A stretch of 40,310 nucleotides of DNA from a virus. Its lineage: Duplodnaviria; Caudoviricetes. Below, piece after piece: positions 35,118 through 40,310 of this stretch. The position numbers and the translations under genes were made by a program. Each line of letters opens with the position of its first letter. The first letter of the stretch is position 1. Below the pieces are notes generated by a model that was given only the letters and a program-made list of their open reading frames with translations, ran no database searches and was not told the DNA's origin. The stretch lies in IMG/VR virus record IMGVR_UViG_3300011339_001230, positions 1 to 40,310 of that record, one strand, 5' to 3'.

Positions 35118-35859
35118 AACACCATATGTCGGAAGAGTTAGATTAAAATTTGAAAAAAACCCTCACTATACCGGCGGTAAAAGTGGAGTATTAAATAAAG
35201 TTCATTTAAATCTTGGATTTACAAAACTTGTTAGCCGAATGATTCCATATCGCAACGAAGGTGCTTGGGTTGTTAATAGTGAGTGTACAAAACTTATAAC
35301 GAAATATACTGGCGGTAAGATTGGTACTCACACATTTCATGATGGGGAACACCAACTTCCAAATTCTTTTATGACAAATGACGGAACTTATATTGGTAAT
35401 ATTGAAACGGCTTGGTGGTTTTATAATAACAATCTATATGTTTGTCGCGACTATCCTAGTGGTGTTGCAATCAAATTGAAATCTTATAATCCAAAAATAA
35501 CTTTGGTGAATTACATTGAGGATAACTATGAAAATTTCATAACAGAACAAATAGAAAATGATAACATTGAAGGTTATTATGGGTATAGTCATCGAGGAGG
35601 TTCCTTATTCAAAATAGGTGATAGAATTTTTGACAATTACTACCTACCAACAAGAAGTGATTACACCCAAGAAGAATGGGATGGGTATTATAAAAAATAT
35701 CAAGATAGTTTAAGTAAAGCAGATGAGTTTGACAAAAAGTGGATTGTTTCAGATGGAATTGCATCAGTAATTCCATTTAACAAAAGAGGAAAAAAAGTTA
35801 TTGAAAATTGGAAAGAAGCGAGAGAAGCTGCTATTATTTTATCAAAATATTTAGGATAG
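35104..35859 (+). CDS. Hypothetical protein, paralog of the previous gene
   Basis: YYGYSHRG...FKIGDRIF motif. Confidence 0.78.
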   Translation: MIKNRTPYVGRVRLKFEKNPHYTGGKSGVLNKVHLNLGFTKLVSRMIPYRNEGAWVVNSECTKLITKYTGGKIGTHTFHDGEHQLPNSFMTNDGTYIGNIETAWWFYNNNLYVCRDYPSGVAIKLKSYNPKITLVNYIEDNYENFITEQIENDNIEGYYGYSHRGGSLFKIGDRIFDNYYLPTRSDYTQEEWDGYYKKYQDSLSKADEFDKKWIVSDGIASVIPFNKRGKKVIENWKEAREAAIILSKYLG

Positions 35860-35887
35860 TTCCTATATATTTTGTATTTTTGTATTC

Positions 35888-36949
35888 ATGAACGAGGTTT
35901 TGAATAGATATTATGAGAAAGGATTGGTGTATAAACAAGTACATCCAACCCTTCCTTTAACTATTTGGAATTACTCTGAAAAGGTTCAATACGAAGGTCT
36001 ATTCGATGGTGTTACCCTGAATGCTAGAGGACTTGTTACCGATAACGATGGTAAAATAGCTGCACGACCATTTAAAAAGTTCTTCAATGTAGAGGAGAAC
36101 AAGCATACCCCAACTGAAGAATTTGATGTTTATGAAAAGATGGACGGGTCTTTAGGTATCCTATTTAATTATCAAGGTGAATGGGTAATGGCGACTCGCG
36201 GGTCCTTCACATCAGAACAAGCCGTCAAAGGACTTGAAATACTTCAAAATTATGACTATCAGAAACTTCATAAGGGATATACTTATTTGTTTGAAATCAT
36301 ATACAAAGAGAACAGAATAGTGGTTCAATATGACTACGATGACTTGATACTTCTTGGAATGATAGAAACCAAAACTGGCTATGAAGTTGATTTGTATGGT
36401 GAAGGAAACGATGTTAGATTGAAAAATTTGATATCTAATCTCGGGCTCAAAGTCGTTAAAAAATATGATGGTATAAACGACTATTCTGTCCTCAAAGGAA
36501 TGATAAAGGATAACGAAGAAGGATATGTTGTAAGGTTCTCCAATGGTGACAGAATAAAAATCAAAGGGGAAGAATATTTAAAATTACATAAACTTATGAC
36601 AAATGTATCTACCACCGCAATATGGGAAATGTTAAGTGAGGGTCGTGATGTGTTGGAAATACTGAAAGATGTTCCTGATGAGTTCTATAACAAGATAAAG
36701 ATGTATGTTAGAGATTTAAAATACACTTATTTTTCTTTGAGTGAATATGCCGGAAAAACTCACGATGGGTTCCGATATGGAAAGTTTGGTGATAAGGACC
36801 CCGAGCCAACCAAAAAAGAGTTTGCCGAGTTTTTATCGATGAATAAATATAATCCGGTAATAAGAGCCATATGCTTTGCCATTTGGGACAAAAAGGATTA
36901 TGATAAAATAATATGGAAACATATAAAACCTGAATTTAAAAAATTATGA
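35888..36949 (+). CDS. T4 Rnl1-like RNA ligase
   Basis: RGLV, PFKKFFN, EKMDGSL (motif I), FE, EGYVV, KIK. Confidence 0.9.
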   Translation: MNEVLNRYYEKGLVYKQVHPTLPLTIWNYSEKVQYEGLFDGVTLNARGLVTDNDGKIAARPFKKFFNVEENKHTPTEEFDVYEKMDGSLGILFNYQGEWVMATRGSFTSEQAVKGLEILQNYDYQKLHKGYTYLFEIIYKENRIVVQYDYDDLILLGMIETKTGYEVDLYGEGNDVRLKNLISNLGLKVVKKYDGINDYSVLKGMIKDNEEGYVVRFSNGDRIKIKGEEYLKLHKLMTNVSTTAIWEMLSEGRDVLEILKDVPDEFYNKIKMYVRDLKYTYFSLSEYAGKTHDGFRYGKFGDKDPEPTKKEFAEFLSMNKYNPVIRAICFAIWDKKDYDKIIWKHIKPEFKKL

Positions 36950-37653
36950 AAGTTATTGTGTTAGGAAAAGGGAAGTTGGGAAGTGAAATTGTTAAACAAA
37001 CTGGTTGGGATTATTTAAGTAGAGCTGAACATGAAATTACAATAGATAATTTTGACGATTGGAAAAGTAGAATGGATGAGTATGATGTGGTAGTTAATTG
37101 CATTGCAAACACCGACACATATTCAGATGATAAAGAAAAACATTGGAAGGCCAATTACGAATTAGTTACTTATTTGGCTGAGTATTGTGACGATAACGGA
37201 AAGAAGTTAGTTCATATCTCAACTGATTATCTGTATCAAAATTCAATATCTGAGGCTAAAGAAACAGATGAATGTGAATTTGAGCATACTTGGTATATGT
37301 TTACAAAATTAATGGCTGATGAATACTTGAAGGAACACGCAAAGAATTATTTGATTTGTAGATTATCACATAAACCATATCCATTTCCTTATGAAAGTGC
37401 TTGGGTTGATGTGGTAACTAATGCTGATTATACACCAGTAATTGCCGAACTTGTTATTAAGTTAATTGACGGAGATGCTGATGGTTTATATAATGTTGGA
37501 ACTGAGAGGAAAACAATTTATGAACTAGCTCAAAGGTCAAATAAGGAAGTTAAAAAAAGTATTTCACCACCTCACATTCCAAAAGATATTTCTATGAATA
37601 TTTCAAAAATGGAAAATTTTTTACTAAATTTACATCATGACGCACAAATTTGA
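36946..37653 (+). CDS. RmlD-like NAD(P)-dependent sugar-nucleotide reductase
   Basis: GKGKLG, HISTDY, YMFTK motifs. Confidence 0.85.
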   Translation: MKVIVLGKGKLGSEIVKQTGWDYLSRAEHEITIDNFDDWKSRMDEYDVVVNCIANTDTYSDDKEKHWKANYELVTYLAEYCDDNGKKLVHISTDYLYQNSISEAKETDECEFEHTWYMFTKLMADEYLKEHAKNYLICRLSHKPYPFPYESAWVDVVTNADYTPVIAELVIKLIDGDADGLYNVGTERKTIYELAQRSNKEVKKSISPPHIPKDISMNISKMENFLLNLHHDAQI

Positions 37654-38644
37654 TTTTAAAGACATAACTTTAGTACCCGAAACCCTATCATCCATTTCAT
37701 CTCGTAGTGAAATTGATATCTATACTGATGAAGGTTATTTGCCACTTATGGTATCTCCTATGGATACCGTAATTGATTTGGCAAATTCTAATTTGTTTAA
37801 ACATGAAGGATACGCAATGTGTTATCCAAGAGGATTGGCTCCTTATTACCAAGGGTTTCAATCAATATCTTTGGGAGAGTTTGAAAAAATGATTAATGAC
37901 AAACTCAATCTTAGGGTAAATATTTTGGTGGATATTGCCAACGGACATATGGAAAAACTTTATAATTTATCTAAAAAATTTATAGAGTTTTACCCTAACT
38001 CAAAACTAATGATTGGTAACATTGCAAACCCAAAAACTTATGAGAAGTTTGCCGAAATTGGAGTTCATTATGTTCGTGTTGGTATTGGTGGTGGTAGTGG
38101 ATGTTTGACATCGGCAAATACCGGAGTTCATTATCCGATGGCTTCTTTAATTAAAGAATGTAGTGATATTAAAAAGCAATTTGGATATGAAACCAAAATT
38201 GTTGCAGATGGAGGATTTAGAAATTATGATGATATTATTAAAGCTCTTGCTTTGGGCGCTGATTATGTGATGCTTGGAGGAGTTTTGAATAAAACTTTAG
38301 AATCATGTTCAGATACTCTCTTGTTTGGTAAAATAAAACTTTCAAAAGTAAGAGCAAAAAAACTTTGGAACAAATACCCATTCATGAGAAAGTATCTCTA
38401 TAAAAAGTTTAGGGGTATGAGTACCAAAGAGGTTCAAAAGAAATGGGGAAGAGGAAAAATAAAAACCTCAGAAGGTGTCCATAGGATGAATAAAGTGGAA
38501 TATACTTTATCAGGGTGGACTGAGAACTTTAAAGATTATTTGAAGTCGGCCATGTCATACACCAACTCTAAAAATCTTGAATCATTCAAATATTCCGATT
38601 TTGTTTTTATAACTGAAAATGCTTTGAATAGATTTAATAAATAA
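37637..38644 (+). CDS. GMP reductase / IMP dehydrogenase family
   Basis: SPMDTV, DIANGH, RVGIGGGSGCLT, ADGG, MLGG, FRGMS. Confidence 0.9.
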   Translation: MTHKFDFKDITLVPETLSSISSRSEIDIYTDEGYLPLMVSPMDTVIDLANSNLFKHEGYAMCYPRGLAPYYQGFQSISLGEFEKMINDKLNLRVNILVDIANGHMEKLYNLSKKFIEFYPNSKLMIGNIANPKTYEKFAEIGVHYVRVGIGGGSGCLTSANTGVHYPMASLIKECSDIKKQFGYETKIVADGGFRNYDDIIKALALGADYVMLGGVLNKTLESCSDTLLFGKIKLSKVRAKKLWNKYPFMRKYLYKKFRGMSTKEVQKKWGRGKIKTSEGVHRMNKVEYTLSGWTENFKDYLKSAMSYTNSKNLESFKYSDFVFITENALNRFNK

Positions 38645-38681
38645 ATTTGTTTGAACAGAATATTTGATATATATTTGCCAA

Positions 38682-38969
38682 ATGGATATAGAAGTTAATA
38701 AAGATTTTGTATCAGAAGAATTGAAAATCAGACTTATTGAATATGGGTTTGATGAGCCTGATGTTGAAGATATTTTATATCAACAGGCATTTCGTTGGTT
38801 TAGAGATAAAAAAGAGTTATTTGGATTTGTCGAGCAGATAACCAAAAACACATTCAAATTCTTCATTAAGGACTACAGAGAAAACAAGGGATTAGTTTTT
38901 GCAAGCTATGTTTATGATAATTACGAAGAGGCTGAGTTAGAATGTTTAAAAAAACTTTTCGAAATTTGA
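38682..38969 (+). CDS. Hypothetical protein
   Basis: YQQAFRWFR...YEEAELECLKKL; ATG 4 nt after TATATTTG. Confidence 0.72.
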   Translation: MDIEVNKDFVSEELKIRLIEYGFDEPDVEDILYQQAFRWFRDKKELFGFVEQITKNTFKFFIKDYRENKGLVFASYVYDNYEEAELECLKKLFEI

Positions 38970-38972
38970 TAT

Positions 38973-39137
38973 ATGAGTGATTCAGAAAAGAGTGAAATAA
39001 TAAGTCAAATAATCCAACTTGAATCTATTGTAACTGGAGCTTTCCTTAAAGGACATCGGCCTCACAATCAGGACCAATACCAAACATTAAGAGAAGAATT
39101 AAAAATACTAAGAAAAAAAATAGGTTTAATAAAATGA
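38973..39137 (+). CDS. Small hypothetical protein (54 aa)
   Basis: Fills the gap; stop overlaps the next start (ATGA). Confidence 0.55.
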   Translation: MSDSEKSEIISQIIQLESIVTGAFLKGHRPHNQDQYQTLREELKILRKKIGLIK

Positions 39138-39376
39138 CAAGATTAGAAAGAAAAATTACTTTAAAAGATTATGATTTTGAAGTTACTCGTGGAGTTTTTG
39201 GACTTATGGATGCTGTGATGCTCAAAACATATCGAATAACAGAAGAAGAACTCGATAAGATTTGTGAAATTGCTACAGATGACGAATTAGAGTTATTTAC
39301 TAAAGAAGAAAGAACACTCAGTGAATCTAGACAGATTCTCAAATTTTTGAATGAAAAAATATATAGTCAAAGATGA
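39134..39376 (+). CDS. Hypothetical protein
   Basis: 80-aa coupled ORF. Confidence 0.7.
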   Translation: MTRLERKITLKDYDFEVTRGVFGLMDAVMLKTYRITEEELDKICEIATDDELELFTKEERTLSESRQILKFLNEKIYSQR

Positions 39377-39912
39377 AACCTGATTTGTTAGATAATAAAG
39401 GAATAAAGTTTAAATTCTATTTTAGAAAAAAATTCTACTTTATACCTAAGATGACTGTTAAGTCAGTTGATTTCTATAAGAATTCGTGTTTTATTGACAC
39501 TAAGGTGAAATATGAAATTATATATTTAAAAACATTTTATTGGTTTTGGTTCAGACTTGCGGTTTATTTGGAAAGTATTGATACAACTTTGGTTGACAAT
39601 ACACCACAGGTCGAGAAGTATTTTGATATGTTACCAAACTCAATTCACATTGTTGGTGAAGTTTATTATTTGAACATAACAAAAGACAATGATGATGTTG
39701 TTTTGTTTTATAAGAAGAAAGATGATGAAAAATATTTGGGGGATGGAATTGTAAAAGGTAAAAGTTTAAGAGTCGTATTGTATGATATGATTATGATGTT
39801 AAAAAAAACCGATAACCTTAAACATTTTAGACACAAGTATAAAGTAAAATTCGAGAAGTTTTTTAATACTGAAGTTCCACACGAAAGAAAATTTGAATCA
39901 TACTATGAGTAA
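39373..39912 (+). CDS. Hypothetical protein
   Basis: 179-aa coupled ORF. Confidence 0.7.
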   Translation: MKPDLLDNKGIKFKFYFRKKFYFIPKMTVKSVDFYKNSCFIDTKVKYEIIYLKTFYWFWFRLAVYLESIDTTLVDNTPQVEKYFDMLPNSIHIVGEVYYLNITKDNDDVVLFYKKKDDEKYLGDGIVKGKSLRVVLYDMIMMLKKTDNLKHFRHKYKVKFEKFFNTEVPHERKFESYYE

Positions 39913-40310
39913 AGATATGAGCCCAAGATTAAAAAAATTAATAGCAAAATATCTTCTTAGAGACCTTCATCGGGTTGAGATAATCTATTATCGCGACTCT
40001 ATTTGGTTCATCGACAGGGAGAATCGGTATTGGTATTTTGAATACCATAAAGTTGATAAGCACCTGTGGTGGAGGTGGTCGCACTTCACGCAAGCTCTGA
40101 AGATATTTTCAATGGATGCTGAGAAAGAGCAGACTATTTTTGGTGAACTTGTTAATATGATTTTAACCAAGAAGCAAAACCTTGAGTCAAAGTATCCGAA
40201 CAAGATATTCAAGACCGTTGGAAGTGTTATGAATTTTGAGGATAAGGTGGATGAAGAATCAAATTTTCAGATGGAAAAAACTTTATCGGGTGGAGCTAGA
40301 AAAACTATGG
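39905..40310 (+). CDS. Hypothetical protein, runs off the window
   Basis: MSKDMSPRLKKLIAKYL... open to the end of the window. Confidence 0.7.
   Translation, partial: MSKDMSPRLKKLIAKYLLRDLHRVEIIYYRDSIWFIDRENRYWYFEYHKVDKHLWWRWSHFTQALKIFSMDAEKEQTIFGELVNMILTKKQNLESKYPNKIFKTVGSVMNFEDKVDEESNFQMEKTLSGGARKTM

Noticed and set aside
1-40310. Alternative genetic code (stop-codon reassignment)
   Set aside because: Known proteins are full length in code 11, all three stops are used, and no suppressor tRNA is present.
1-40310. Bacterial chromosome origin (dnaK, nusG, GMP reductase-like gene)
   Set aside because: These genes lack their usual neighbours (secE/rplK, grpE/dnaJ) and sit among homing endonucleases, Rnl1 and small phage-type ORFs. 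No capsid gene is in the window, so phage origin remains an inference.

Overview
AT-rich, gene-dense segment of what looks like a large (jumbo-type) phage of a Bacteroidota host. The host inference rests on repeated TAnnTTTG (-7) / TTTG (-33) promoters and on proteins with T9SS sorting domains. Standard genetic code. Proteins include a LAGLIDADG fragment, an N4C/N6A methyltransferase, Dps-like, DHH, transglycosylase, NUDIX, metallophosphoesterase, DnaK, DUF932-like, fasciclin, GIY-YIG, NusG, a T4 Rnl1-like RNA ligase, RmlD-like and GMP reductase/IMPDH proteins, plus many small hypotheticals. The non-coding layer is the most unusual part. (1) A 16-tRNA array is preceded by a 34-codon leader ORF that uses 29 different codons and overlaps a terminator/antiterminator switch, a candidate tRNA-pool-sensing attenuator. 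(2) Six tRNA-like RNAs share a near-constant AGTCAGG/CCTGACT-A acceptor stem but have unrelated, expanded anticodon domains, and are interleaved with kissing-loop RNA modules. (3) An ~850-nt GOLLD-like RNA sits behind three tandem promoters. (4) rRNA-type boxA sites head five RNA transcription units, and the phage encodes its own NusG. All family calls are from motif recognition by eye; no searches were run.
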